Shown: positions 37,090 to 48,900 of the stretch, piece by piece
Numbering within the stretch: the stretch's first letter is position 1
How the letters are laid out: every line of letters starts with the position of its first letter
NCBI RefSeq assembly: GCF_018977255.1
Contig: NW_024704743.1
Location: 82,214,001 to 82,278,000, forward strand
Direction of reading: 5' to 3'
Source: Callorhinchus milii
Lineage: Eukaryota
Length of the DNA: 64,000 nt
Made by a program: the position numbers and the translations under genes
Notes under the pieces: model-generated
What the model was told of the DNA's origin: nothing
The model's database searches: none
The model's input: only the letters and a program-made list of their open reading frames with translations

Positions 37090-37635
37090 CATGAGTTACA
37101 CCGAAATCCAGTCAAACAGATCTCCACAGGGCACTTGGTTTGCACGACCGGTTTGGAGATCCCATTTCTTTTGGTAAGGTTTGCTTTTAACCACAATGCA
37201 AAGGTTAAAAGCAAACCTCCTTGAGGGGGAGGGAGGGGGTGAGAGGGAGGGGGGGGGGGGACACACCCGTGTCAGGGGGAGAGGTTTGCAACAAAGACTG
37301 AATTAAGAACGAGAGATCTGGTCCTTTTATAACTTTAAATAGCCAACGTCTTAACTCTTGGCCGAATGCAAAGGATCATCAGAGGGTGTCAGTGTGTGCT
37401 GTGGGGGAGAGTACTCCTCGCTGTCGTCTGGAGTGAAGTGTGTCATTTCCTCTCCGTCATGTGGGATCCCCTGTGTGTTCATAACTGGAGGCTTTCCCCA
37501 CATCTCACACCAATCTTTCATCGCGAAGCCTCGATGTCCGATTGAAATCAACACGTGAGGAAGGAGCTCCGCGAGTAAAAAGCTGCTGCCCGTGCCCTGG
37601 CATCAGTGATCCTGGCGAGTTCAGCTGTGGGGCAC

Positions 37636-38200
37636 CAGGCAGGGCAGGGAGGGCAGGGAGCGCAGGGCAGGGCAAGGAGGGCAGGGCAGGGAGGGCAGGG
37701 CAAGGGAAGGAGGGAGGGAGGGAGGGAGGGAGGGAGGGCAGGGCAAGGCAGGGAGGGAGGGAGGGAGGGAGGGAGGGAGGGCAGGGCAAGGCAAGGAGGG
37801 CAGGGCAAGGCAGGGAGGGAGGGAGGGAGGGCAAGGCAAGGAGGGCAGGGCAAGGGAGGGAGGGCAGGGCAGGGCAAGGAGGGCAGGGCAAGGCAGGGAG
37901 GGAGGGAGGGCAAGGCAGGGAGGGCAGTGCAAGGCAGGGAGGGCAGGGCAAGGCAGGGCAAGGGAGGGAGGGCAGGGCGGGCAGGGCAAGGAGGGCAGGG
38001 CAGGGCAAGGCAGGGAGGGGAGGGCAAGGCAAGGCAAGGCAGGGCAAGGAGGGCAGGGCAAGGCAAGGCAAGGAGGGCAGGGCAAGGCAAGGCAGGGAGG
38101 GGAGGGCAAGGCAAGGCAAGGCAAGGCAAGGAGGGCAGGGCAAGGCAAGGCAGGGCAGGGCAAGGAGGGCAGGGCAAGGCAAGGCAGGGCAGGGCAGAGC
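37636..38200. repeat. G-rich (GGGCA/AGGCA/GGGA)n simple-repeat array
   Basis: Directly visible; almost no T on the + strand. Confidence 0.95.
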
Positions 38201-39240
38201 ACTGGAGGAGACCTGCACTGCTCTCTCTCTCTCTCTCTATCTCCAAAACAATATACTATTTTGGGGTTAAGTGCAAAGGAGAGTATCCATCTCCCTGTCA
38301 AATTCAGGGAAACTAAACCCTCCTCCACCGCAAATGCAAGGAATATTATTATTGTTTTCGAGTTATTATTGTTTTAGATTATTCTTGTTGTTTTAAATGA
38401 CAATTCGTATTGTTGTTTTAAATTACTGTTACTGCTTCAAATAATAATAGATAGTAACGAAGGATTTTATGTTATTTTTATTGCAGAAAAAATTCAGCTG
38501 GTCGATAAATCGTTGAATGTTTATGTATAACCAGCTAAATAATATATATATATATTTGTCTCGATTTAGTTGCATCGTGTATTTGAGTTAAAACACTGTG
38601 TAATGTCACACTATTAATGTTAACTTGAAATCTATGTGTGTGTGTGTGGAAGGTGGTCAAATAATGGGACTGACTCGAATACGATTGGAAACTGGGCATT
38701 TTGACTATTTTACACAATTTTATGCAATGGCAGCAACACCAATATTCTGCATTTATGCACTTGTGATCGTTTGCAAGTATATATATATATATACACTATT
38801 TTGCTTGTTATACATAAACATCCAATAGCGCACATGTGAAAAGGGTTACACAAAGCAAAAGAGGGTCGGAGGTTAGTTTGCTGATTAAATGCCAATATGG
38901 GATATACACATCACAGCAGTTGTGTGGTGCTCAATAAACTCGATTTAAGGCCATCGATCTGAAAAAAGACACAAAAATACACAGGAAAAGGGGATCTGGT
39001 GTGATTCACAGCTCTGAGGTGACTGTGGGGAAATCAGCACTGGTCAGCAAGAAACTGCTTGAAATCTCAGTAATTATATATATATACACACAGTGTAAAT
39101 ATCAGTATATATAAATGCAGTGAGTTACAGACACGTGGTCAGTATCAACAGTTATTTTCTCTGGGAGAGAGAATGAGATCCACCTTCAAGCCCAGGATCA
39201 GCAGCTTCCAGATTAACAGACAACTTGTGGGAGAGTGTGG

Positions 39241-39597
39241 GGGGAAGAGGGAGGAGAGGAGAGGAAGGAGGAGAGGAGGAGAGAAAAGGAGGAGGAAGGA
39301 GGAGAGAAGATGAGGAGAGAAAAGGAGGAGAAGAGGAAGGAGAGGAGAAAAGAGGAAGGAGAGGAGAAGAGGAGGAGAAGAGGAAAGAGGAGAAGGGGAG
39401 GAAAGAGGAGAAAAGAGGAGGAAAGAGAAGAGGAGAAGAGGAAGGAGAGGAGAAGAGGAGGAAAGAGAAGAGAAGAGGAAGGAGAGGAGAAGAGGAAGGA
39501 GAGGAGAAGAGGAAGGAGAGGAGAAGAGGAAGGAGGAGAGGAAGGAGAGGAGAAGAGGAAGGGGGAGAGGAGGAGGAGGAGAGGAGGAGGAGTGGAG
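39241..39597. repeat. Polypurine (GAG/GAA/AGG) low-complexity tract
   Basis: About 350 nt of essentially pure A/G. Confidence 0.95.
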
Positions 39598-39836
39598 TAA
39601 AGACAAAACACCACCTCCCTGTGGGAGATCTCTCTCTCTCACAACACAAAGTGTATGAAAGAGCTTCTCGTATCGTATGCAAATAGTGGCGCTGACGTTC
39701 GGGATCATGTGTCCCCGCGGGGCTCCTGTCGGGGCTTTTCTTCTGCCTCTTTTTTCCATTTTGCTACATTTTCGCGTCCGATTCATTGTAGCCGAGAGAC
39801 AGAGAGAGAGTTACAGGACATCAGCGGCCAGAGGCG

Positions 39837-41071
39837 CCCAGCCCAGCACAGCCCAGTACAGCATAGCACAGCACAGTACAGCATAGCCCAGCCCAGCACA
39901 GCATAGCCAGCACAGTACAGCACAGCATAGCCCAGCACAGCATAGCCCAGTACAGCATAGCCCAGCACAGCATAGCCCAGCACAGCATAGCCCAGCACAG
40001 CCCAGCACAGCATAGCCCAGCACAGCACAGCATAGCCCAGCACAGCCCAGCACAGCATAGCCCAGCACAGCACAACCCAGTACAGCATAGCACAGCACAG
40101 TACAGCATAGCCCAGCACAGCATAGCCAGCACAGTACAGCACAGCATAGCCCAGCACAGCATAGCACAGCATAGCCCAGTACAGCATAGCCCAGCACAGC
40201 ATAGCCCAGCACAGCATAGCCCAGCACAGCATAGCATAGCCCAGCACAGCACAGCCCAGTACAGCATAGCATAGCCCAGCACAGCACAGTACAGCATAGC
40301 CCAGCACAGCATAGCCCAGCCCAGCATAGCCCAATACAGCACAGCATAGCCCAGCACAGCAGAGCACAGCCCAGCATAGCCCAGCACAGCACAGCCCAGT
40401 ACAGCACAGCATAGCCCAGCACAGCACAGCCCAGCACAGCACAGCATAGCCCAGCATAGCCCAGCACAGCCCAGTACAGCATAGCCAGTACAGCACAGCC
40501 CAGTACAGCATAGCCCAGCACAGCATAGCCCAGCATAACCAGCCCAGCACAGCCCAGCATAGCCAGCACAGTACAGCACAGCATAGCCAGTACAGCACAG
40601 CCCAGTACAGCATAGCCTAGCACAGCATAGCACAGCACAGTACAGCATAGCCAGCACAGCACAGCCCAGCACAGCATAGCCAGCACAGCCCAGTACAGCA
40701 CAGCATAGCCCAGCACAGCATAGCCCAGCACAGCATAACCAGCACAGCCCAGTACAGCACAGCATAGCCAGCACAGCCCAGTACAGCACAGCATAGCCCA
40801 GCATAGCCAGCACAGCACAGCACAGCCCAGTACAGCACAGCATAGCCCAGCACAACCCAGCATAGCCAGTACAGCACAGCATAGCCCCGTACAGCACAGC
40901 ACAGCATAACCAGCACAGCCCCGTACAGCACAGCACAGCCCCAGCACAGCACAGTACAACCAGCGCAGCCCCAACACAACCAGCACAGCCCCAGCACAGC
41001 CCAGTACAACCAGCACAGCCCCAGTACAACCAGCACAGCACAGCAACACCAACAGCAACCAACAGCAGCAG
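39837..41071. repeat. Degenerate pentamer array (CAGCA/TAGCC/CAGCC/CAGTA)n
   Basis: About 1.2 kb, directly visible, with higher-order 15-mers such as cagcacagcatagcc. Confidence 0.95.
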
Positions 41072-41077
41072 GTAAGA
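41069..41077 (+). other. Strong candidate 5' splice donor CAG|GTAAGA
   Basis: Near-consensus donor at the end of the pentamer array within the CpG-rich region. Confidence 0.55.
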
Positions 41078-41088
41078 AACTTTAACCC

Positions 41089-41120
<32 letters not shown>

Positions 41121-41593
41121 ACACACACACACACAGAGAAAATAACATCCACATCTGCTTTCAGATCCTGTGCTCATTGCACCTCTCACTCACACACACA
41201 GAGAGAGGGAGAGAGAGAGAGCAGCACAGACACACACACCCCGGGGGGGGGGGGGGAGGGGGGAGAGGGGGGGAAAGAAATCAACTTAACACACGTCTCC
41301 CCGCAGCCGATGCCGTAAGTAGGGCGAAACATGGCGCCTGTGCACGACTCTCGGTTGCCGACATGACAGGGGCGATACCTCCTCCCCACACTGCTTAAAA
41401 GTGAATCGGAAGCGAAGAGAGAGAGAGAGAGAGAGTGTGAGACAGAGACAGAGAGAGGGAGAGGAGGAGGAGGTGGTGGTGGTGTGTGTGCGCTCCTCTC
41501 CAGCACCGCCCGCCCTCCCGCAGCTGCAGAGGCTTCATTCAGCTCTCAACGCGTTTATTAGGTGGAAAGTGGCCGACGTGAAGGTACATTTCC

Positions 41594-41735
41594 CCCTCTC
41601 TCTCTCTCTCTCTCTCTCCCCCTCTCTCTCTCCCTCTCTCTCTCTCTCTCCCCCTCTCTCTCTCTCTCTCCCCTCTCCCTCCCTCCCTCTCTCCCCCTCT
41701 CCCTCTCTCTCTCTCCCTCCCTCTCTCCCCCTCTC
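41594..41735. repeat. (CT)n/C-rich polypyrimidine tract
   Basis: Directly visible. Confidence 0.9.
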
Positions 41736-42805
41736 CCGGTGGGAATGGTGCCGATGACTGTGTTGCAGTCCTTGTGGAGCAGGAAATGCGCGTTGTCAGC
41801 CTCACATTCGGGGCTGAGGCTGAGGCTGTGGCCCTGAGCTGTGAGTGTGTGAGTGTGTGTGAGTGACTGAGTGCAGAGAGGGAGAGGGGGAGAGAGAGAG
41901 AGAGAGAGAGAGGGACACAGATGGGGGAGATATTTCGCTTCAAAATCCAACCCCGAACCCCCAATCGGATCCATCAAAGCGAAAGAGAAAGCCATCGCCT
42001 GATGGGGAAAATGTAACAAGTTCGGGCCATCTTGGGTACTTTTTTTTAAAAAAAATATAAAAAAAATATATATTTTTATGTATAAAACGGGATATTACCA
42101 CCTGGAGTGCCAATGGGATAGAAACTTCAGAAGCAGTGCGGTGGGGGGGGGAGGGGTGGGGGGAGTGAGGGGGGGGACAGGGACTCAGAGAGTTCCCCTC
42201 TTTGGCTTTGGTTTATTTTGTTGGCGTGGGATTTAAATTTCCCCAACTCCAGTTTAAAGAGACAGAGAGTCTCAGCCCCTTGGCCTACTGCACTGTGACT
42301 GGCTGCCAAACAACAGCCCAAACCTCCCTTCCCCTTCCCCCTTCCCCACCCCCCCCCCTTCCCCACCCCCCCCACTGCCCCCAACATCCAAATCACTGCT
42401 CTGCAGTCTCAGGGAGGTGAGCCCCAGCATTGCTGCAAAAATGCCAAAGCTTTTTCAGTCAGTTCAGCTGCCTGGAGTAAGACCTTGTACCCTGGAGATT
42501 TTAAGTGGCACAGTCCTAACTAAGTGCCTTCCTTTAAGGATCTGGCTTGGCGGGGATTGAACTGCAGTTGTTTTGGGTACCGCCGAGGAGGACAGGGTGG
42601 GGGGGGGCTTTTCGCAAAGCGTTTTTAAAGCCTTGCCGTCGAATCTTGAAATGTTAGGGACACGTGAGGGGCTGAGCATCAGAGGGACTCTCCGCTCTTG
42701 TCTTTTTTCGAGCTTGCTCTTAGGCGGACAGCGTTTCGGAGCGGCCAAGCTCTGCGCTTCGCAACCACTGTGCGGGGAAGATTCCCCCCCCCCCCCCCCC
42801 CCCCC

Positions 42806-42990
42806 TTGCATTCGGTAAAGCGCTTTTCACGTCTTCTCGACGTCTCAAAGCGCTTCAAACTAATATGCTGTAAAGTGAATCGGCTGTGTATTTGTGGGCG
42901 AAACGCGGCAGACAATTGCGCACAGCGGTGTCCCACAAGCAGTCGTGGATTGAAAATGATCAATTTATTATTGTTTTGTTTTGGAGGGAT
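42806..42990 (-). mobile_element. SINE 3' half with CpGs retained
   Basis: gcgcttttcacgtcttctcgacgtctcaaagcgcttca..gcgaaacgcggcagacaattgcgcacagc. Confidence 0.85.
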
Positions 42991-44039
42991 TTTGAGGATG
43001 GAGAGCAAACACTTTGAAAGAAATATGTGTTCACAATTGCGTGTGTATAGAAATATATATATTTTAAACATCTTGTGGTAATAAAGCCCGGTGTCACATG
43101 CTTAGCCTAATAATGTGCAGATTTTTTGTTGTGAAAGCCAGTGGAAAACCACATCAGTGAATCCCACACTAATATCCCAATATTGTCTTATCCTACCTGC
43201 TTTGCTTACCAGCTTTCGTGACTTGGAATTACAGTATACAACAACAGCTAGCAAAGGTTTTTTTTTAAAAAACTAGTGAACATTAGACCTGAACAACAAA
43301 ATTGAATGTTCCGTTGATTATGTAAAACAAAAACTTGTCTCAGGTCACTGCTCCCATCTGCAGAGCAAATTTGCATGGAGCTACACCACTACCAACCCCC
43401 AAACACAACCTTGTTTTGACTCTCTAGGTGTGACTGACTGACTCTCAAGGCTGATTGCACGTTATTTCTTTGAAACAACACCACCACCACATTTCACAGT
43501 GTGTTCTTGGCCATTTTGAAAATCCATTTGCTCTGTTATTAAAATAGTGTGCGTCTTAATTTCCTTTAATGAAAAAAATATGAAATGATCATCATTTCAG
43601 TCTGCACAAGGCCCGTTGCCTTGGAACCGTGCCAGCATAGGGAGCAGCAGCTGCATGTTGCCTACCCTCATGGTTTCTCTGGTGTTATAAGAGGACGGAT
43701 GGATCAAATCTACTTAAATACCTGGCCTTGGACCAGCACAGAGGATGCCGTGGCTGGTCATTTTCAGCTATACTAAATAACACTGTTTTCATTGTATTTT
43801 ATTTAAGGTGGCAGTGGGAGGGGTGCAGAGAGAAAAGAGTTCTACAGTATCTTTGAACCTGGGGGCCAAAATAAGTAAGTGAAGGATCTTAGGAGATGCT
43901 AACCATGCTTTTAACTTGTGGGCGGAAGCAACAGAATTATTTCATTCCCAAATAAGTTTAGTAACTTGCTAGTGCTGCCTGTAATGGTGAAATGCTGTGA
44001 ATCCTAATGCCCTGAAAGTGTTACTAGAGTTAGCAGGGA

Positions 44040-44241
44040 ACACTCCTTTTGTCTTTCAATGTTTAAGATTGCTTATCGGTTGTGGAAGACTTTAAATTGA
44101 AGTGAGTTTCCCGCATTTGTTAAAAATAGACAGCTACCAAATTAAGACTGAATTTGAAGAAATTGCCATTGTTCTGTGCGAATATAAATTTTTAGACAAA
44201 ATGGCCATTACAGACTAAGACTAAGTGGAATGTAGGGCCTC
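44040..44241. mobile_element. Degenerate palindromic MITE-like copy
   Basis: ccaaattaagactgaatttgaagaa and terminal ctaagtggaatgtagggcct shared with the other copies. Confidence 0.5.
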
Positions 44242-44494
44242 TGGTGTTCAGTTATATAAATAAATTTATACTGCTCATAAATAGCCCAATTGCAGGAAAC
44301 AATATTGTTGCCAACATTTTTGTTAAACATTTACAAAAATTCAGCTGATGAAATTCATAGTTGTGGGGATGGGGGGGGAGAATGCAACTTATACTTCTAA
44401 AGTGCCTTTCACATCAGAAGGGTGCCCCCAAAGTGTGTGACAATGTTGACTGGGCACCTGATTGCTTATAATTAAATAATATTTCAATGAACGT

Positions 44495-44843
44495 TGGTTA
44501 GAGCACTCGCCGCGAAAGCGAGAGAGCTGAGTTCGATTCCCGGCAGGGCGAAACATTGAGCAAGTTCCTTACTCCACACACTTCTGTTTACCTAGCAGTA
44601 AGTAGGAACCCGGTTGTTAGTCGATTGGCATATCACTTTTCTGGGGGTACTAATTCCTTCCAAAAGGTAATAATAAATTGGTCACTAATTTCACGACTTT
44701 GTGAGACACTACTATGCGCAATTGGCCACCACATTTCTCTCACAACATATGCAGTCAATTTGCTTTACAGTATATTCTGTGAAGTGCTTTGAGACGTCTT
44801 GAAAACATGATAAGGCACTGTATCAAATGCAAGAATTATTATT
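44495..44843 (+). mobile_element. tRNA-headed SINE, long subfamily
   Basis: ggttagagcactcgc..gagttcgattcccggcagggcgaaac..cttctgtttacctagcagtaagtaggaacc..tail. Confidence 0.9.
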
Positions 44844-44929
44844 GACATTAATTCTTACTGCTGTTGTGAATAAGTTTGTATGACTGTTTGTGTGATTTTG
44901 CGAATTTCCAGTACTATTTCATGTAACTA

Positions 44930-45250
44930 CAGTATCCTTATCTACAACCATTTGCTCTCTTCCCCTCTACCCACCACCTTTGCTCAAATGGCTCAGGTCA
45001 TCTGCACGTCCCACATGCCTTCCGCTCCACTATTTGCGTCCATGCTTTCAGCCATTAGGTCCTGAAACTTCCTGTCTCAACCACTTTGTCTTGCCCCCCC
45101 CCCCTCTTTGCCCATCTTCAAATCACAACTAAAGACTCTTCGACTGTCGCCTCCCCTCTCTTTCCTGCTCAGAGACAAACCACGCGCTGTTAAATGCTCC
45201 AGACGCTACTCACATGAAGGGTGCTATATAGCAAGTTGGTGGTGTTGTAA
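44930..45250 (+). mobile_element. Old L2 3' fragment
   Basis: ctgcacgtccc..catgctttcagcca..tcttcaaatcacaactaaagac..tgaagggtgctatata..gttggtggtgttg. Confidence 0.6.
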
Positions 45251-48200
45251 GATGATCTGAGTTAAATTTACTGTCCCAGTGTTCAGCTCATTGTGGCCCC
45301 TAATTCAATTTATGTGGTTTGTGGCAATGAATCACTAGATTAAATGTTGCTTGGCTCTGTTTTCCTTCAGAGAAAGCAAACAAGCCAACCTCATGTGCAT
45401 TGTTTGTGTTTTCTAAGTGTATAAAACATTTTTTGTATAAAAATAAGTTGGATCCCAAATAAAACACCTTAGGGTAAATTAACTTTGAACCGGTTACACT
45501 AAGAATTGTATTTCAAATCATCTAAAGGTTCACAGAATAAATTTGTAGTTGTGTGATGTAAACAGATGTGGTGGTGGTGGTTAGCTCAAACACACTTCTT
45601 GGTGCAAATGTCCATTCTGATTGTGATTGAGTGAAAGAGCTTCTATTGTTTTAGCCGATGCACCTCTTAACGTCCAATAAGCCCCAAATTTAGTTTTGCC
45701 TGACAAACAAAATCCAGTGTTCTCAAAAGTTAAAGGTGATAAAGGTGTCAGCAATTGTAAGTGGTAGAAATAGGGGTTGGTGTGTGTGCTGTCTAGTGTT
45801 GTCTAGTGGAGCTTATTGTGGGTGTGGCAGATGAAATAAAACCACAGGCACATAGAAGGCCTGTGTTTGCCTTCTCTTTTATTCCCCTCACCTACTGTGT
45901 TTTAAAACAAATTGCAATTCAATGTGCTCTTGCAAATGTTATTTTGTTTCATGACTCTTCCAACTTTCATTTAAAATATCCCTGTTTCAGAAGTTGTTTG
46001 AATTTGTTTCATCATCTTTATTTCATGCTGGTCGATGACTCAACGCTTCCTGCTGTAAATGGGGTGGTTTTGTGAACTTAGCGAAGCACGAAATGGGTTT
46101 GAGTGTTGAAACTGTTGCTGGTTGGAAAAGTTGGAGACCTGGATTCTCAGATATGATTCTGTTATGTTTCTAGTCAATATACACAGCTCTCAATGTATTC
46201 ACAACAATCTTTACACAAACCAGGATGGAATCCGCCTCCAATATTTCCTCATGAGTTTGTTTGAGAGAAATAGGTTAATTTATTTTGGAGTCAATGTTTT
46301 AAAAAGTGATACTGTATGTGGGAGTCCCAAAAACAAAACCATTCCTCTCCTGCATGTTTTGTGGCGCTTTGGCCACTTCAAAAAGGCGCTTTGGCCACTT
46401 CTGCCCAGTACTTGAAACAGCCTTTCTGGATCAATTATCCACAATGTTTTTCATGTTGCATGTGCTGTTCTAATACAATATGTTGACTATGGGTAGGTTA
46501 GAAGGATGACTCACCACAAACGATACATTGAAGCTGTCATTAGACAGAAAACATATTCATCAGTGAGGATTGTCGCATTGTCTTTCACTGACTCCCAAAA
46601 CATTTCAACTGAAGTAAATTATGAGGTTATGGGCTTGATAATTCACCTTAACTCTTATCTGCTCATGGGTTTCGCAGCTTTATGCCTGCGCCTTTACCAT
46701 ATCATGATAATATCAGTCTTACAAAGAAATGTTTTCTGTTGAAAACCAGTTCCTGTCTCAAATCACTTTTTTTGTGTGTACTGAAGTGTGTGTGTGTGTG
46801 TGTATATATTAGAGAGAGAAACGTGGAGAATATTTCTAAAAGTCTTAATTTATACTAGTAAGAACTTTTATTTGTTCTCAAATATGTTTGTTGGCTGTAG
46901 AAAGCTTGCCCTTTAATCTGGCACTTTAAGTGTAATTGTGTACTTTATTCTTATAAGTAAGATCCTTGCTGTTTGAAAAAACATTTCAACTGAATGTGGT
47001 TTATGGTCAATTTAGAATTTTTCAGCTTCAGAGGAAAAAGAATGCAAATGAAAGTTGAGTTTTAAGAAGACTGAATAATACAATCATAATCTCTGCATTT
47101 AATGTTGTGTTTTATCGCCTCCAAACATCCAAAAGCACTTTGCAATGTTTCTGTAAAGTTTAGTGACTGTGTAGGTGAGCATAGCAGTCAATTTGCACAT
47201 GCAGTGCCTACAAACATCCATGAAATGAATGACCATTTTTCTTAATCTAGTGGATTGTTGGAATGAAAGAGGATAGGGTGGACTAGGAAATGCAAGTTTG
47301 GGTAGGTTCAAATTACAGTACATCTGGTGTTGCCTTGACAACAATTACAATAGAGCTTCACTGTATTAAGAGTCCTCTAATATTTCTAGTAACATTTTGA
47401 ATAACATGACATTTATAAGTGATCCAACTGATTCATTTTGGACACCTTGTACCAATATCTATGGTGAGTGGGTGGCTTGTGACTTTGTGTCTTGTACCTT
47501 AGTGTTCTATGTTTATTGGACTGAGATAAGTCTGTCAAAGGCTGAATCCTCGATGTCCTGTTATTTGATGTACTGTATAGTCTCTCTGCAGTTCAGTTCT
47601 TGAAGTTCAGCACTGTGTTTAACCCTTTCCTAGTAAGATTTGTAGGGAAAAGGAAATAATATTTGTAATTTAAGATTGAAATATGTTTCATAGAAAGGTT
47701 GCAAGATTTAATCTGGTTAGTCAATTAAGATGATTCACCCTAAAATGGATTTTGTTGGGTTAGAAATCAATCTTATTTTTAATTAATAGGTATGTGATTT
47801 TAGTGCATTTTAATGAAGTCTATATGGTTTACTCAGCGATTTATAATATATGTGAATAATAGCCTCAAAAATTTACCTACATCATTGAATTTATTTAGTA
47901 AAATCTGGATCTGTTCCAATAAAATTAGCTAGCAATTTGTGGGATATTGCTTTGCGCAAATTGGATGCTACATTCACCTACAAAATAGCAACTCCATTTT
48001 GGTGTATATCCCGTGAAGCCCTTTAGGACGTCCTCCCAACATGAAAGCCGCTATACCAAATGTTAGGATTATTATTATTATCCCAGGTATAATCTGAATA
48101 TTACCTCATATGTAATTTGGATCTGAACTTCTCAGGTCTCTTATTTAAAAGCAGCAGAGAAGCGTTATTTTTGGCGTATTACAACAAACATAACTGCCTT

Positions 48201-48434
48201 TCAAACTGAGATTATATAATTGATTGTAAATGATTTATTAGGATGTAGGACAAGTTGTGAATAGATATTTACTGCTACATTTCCAGAAATAACTTTTTCC
48301 ACACAAATGCATTACAGAAAGTATTGATTTAATTAGCTTTGGTAAACTGAAAAATAGATGTTAGTTTGTAATGAGATTTTAATACTGTTATTAAGCAAGA
48401 CAGTGTTCTTTTTTTGTTTTCCAAATTAATTTCA

Positions 48435-48900
48435 ACAACTTTCATTTATATAGCACCTTGATGTAGGGTGACATCTTGGATCGCTTTACAAGAACAGGGG
48501 CAGACATGAAAGGGGGAGTGGGAAGAAGGGATGGCCATGAGGGTATTCAAAGAGGTAGTTTTGAGATATGTACTGACAAAACTGAAAAGGTAGCGAGACA
48601 CTGGCGTAGAAGGGAGTTGCAGACATTAGGGGTGGTGGTGGTGCAGAGAGAGCAGGGGATGTGTAGCAGCCTTAGTTAGCCAAGAGGAGGGATGAGCAGA
48701 GGAGTAGGGCAGAAGATCAACAAGATAAGAAGGTGCCAGTGGCTTGAGTGGATGGATCTGTAGGTGAGGGTAAGGGCCTAGGAATCAATCCATAGGGAGA
48801 TAGTGGACAGTTGCAAAAACTAGGGTGATTATCGCGCAGAGTTTGCTGCTGGTTCCAAGCAGCAGAATTTTGGAGAGCTGGAGTTTGTGAATGGTGGAAG
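48435..48900 (-). mobile_element. Old L2 3' fragment
   Basis: Tail caactttcatttatatagcacc..; aaagaggtagttttgag..gggagttgcaga..tcaacaagataag resemble the reverse complement of the L2 3' region. Confidence 0.5.

Larger units (their letters stand above)
37090..43000. promoter_or_regulatory. CpG-enriched promoter-like region, probable 5' end of a + strand long-intron gene (unidentified)
   Basis: CpGs visibly retained at 37500-37620, 39665-39840, 41290-41580, 41730-42030 and 42580-42950 compared with the flanks; octamer atgcaaat (39677), tgacgt, YY1-like aacatggcg (41328) and gccatctt (42026); several GT donors. Confidence 0.65.

Noticed and set aside
37505..38328. Several overlapping 230-240 aa ORFs (PCPAL.. 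/ GRAGQG..)
   Set aside because: Artefacts of the stop-free GGGCA/AGGCA repeat array.
39145..39786. Long E/R/G- and S/L/P-rich ORFs
   Set aside because: Translation of a polypurine low-complexity tract.
39837..41071. Resemblance to immunoglobulin switch regions (GGGCT pentamers, dense WGCW motifs)
   Set aside because: No Ig exons nearby, AGCT essentially absent, and the context is promoter-like; likely coincidental.
39783..41154. ORFs of 276-447 aa (CWAML/LGYAV repeats)
   Set aside because: Open in multiple frames only because of pentamer composition; no domain content.
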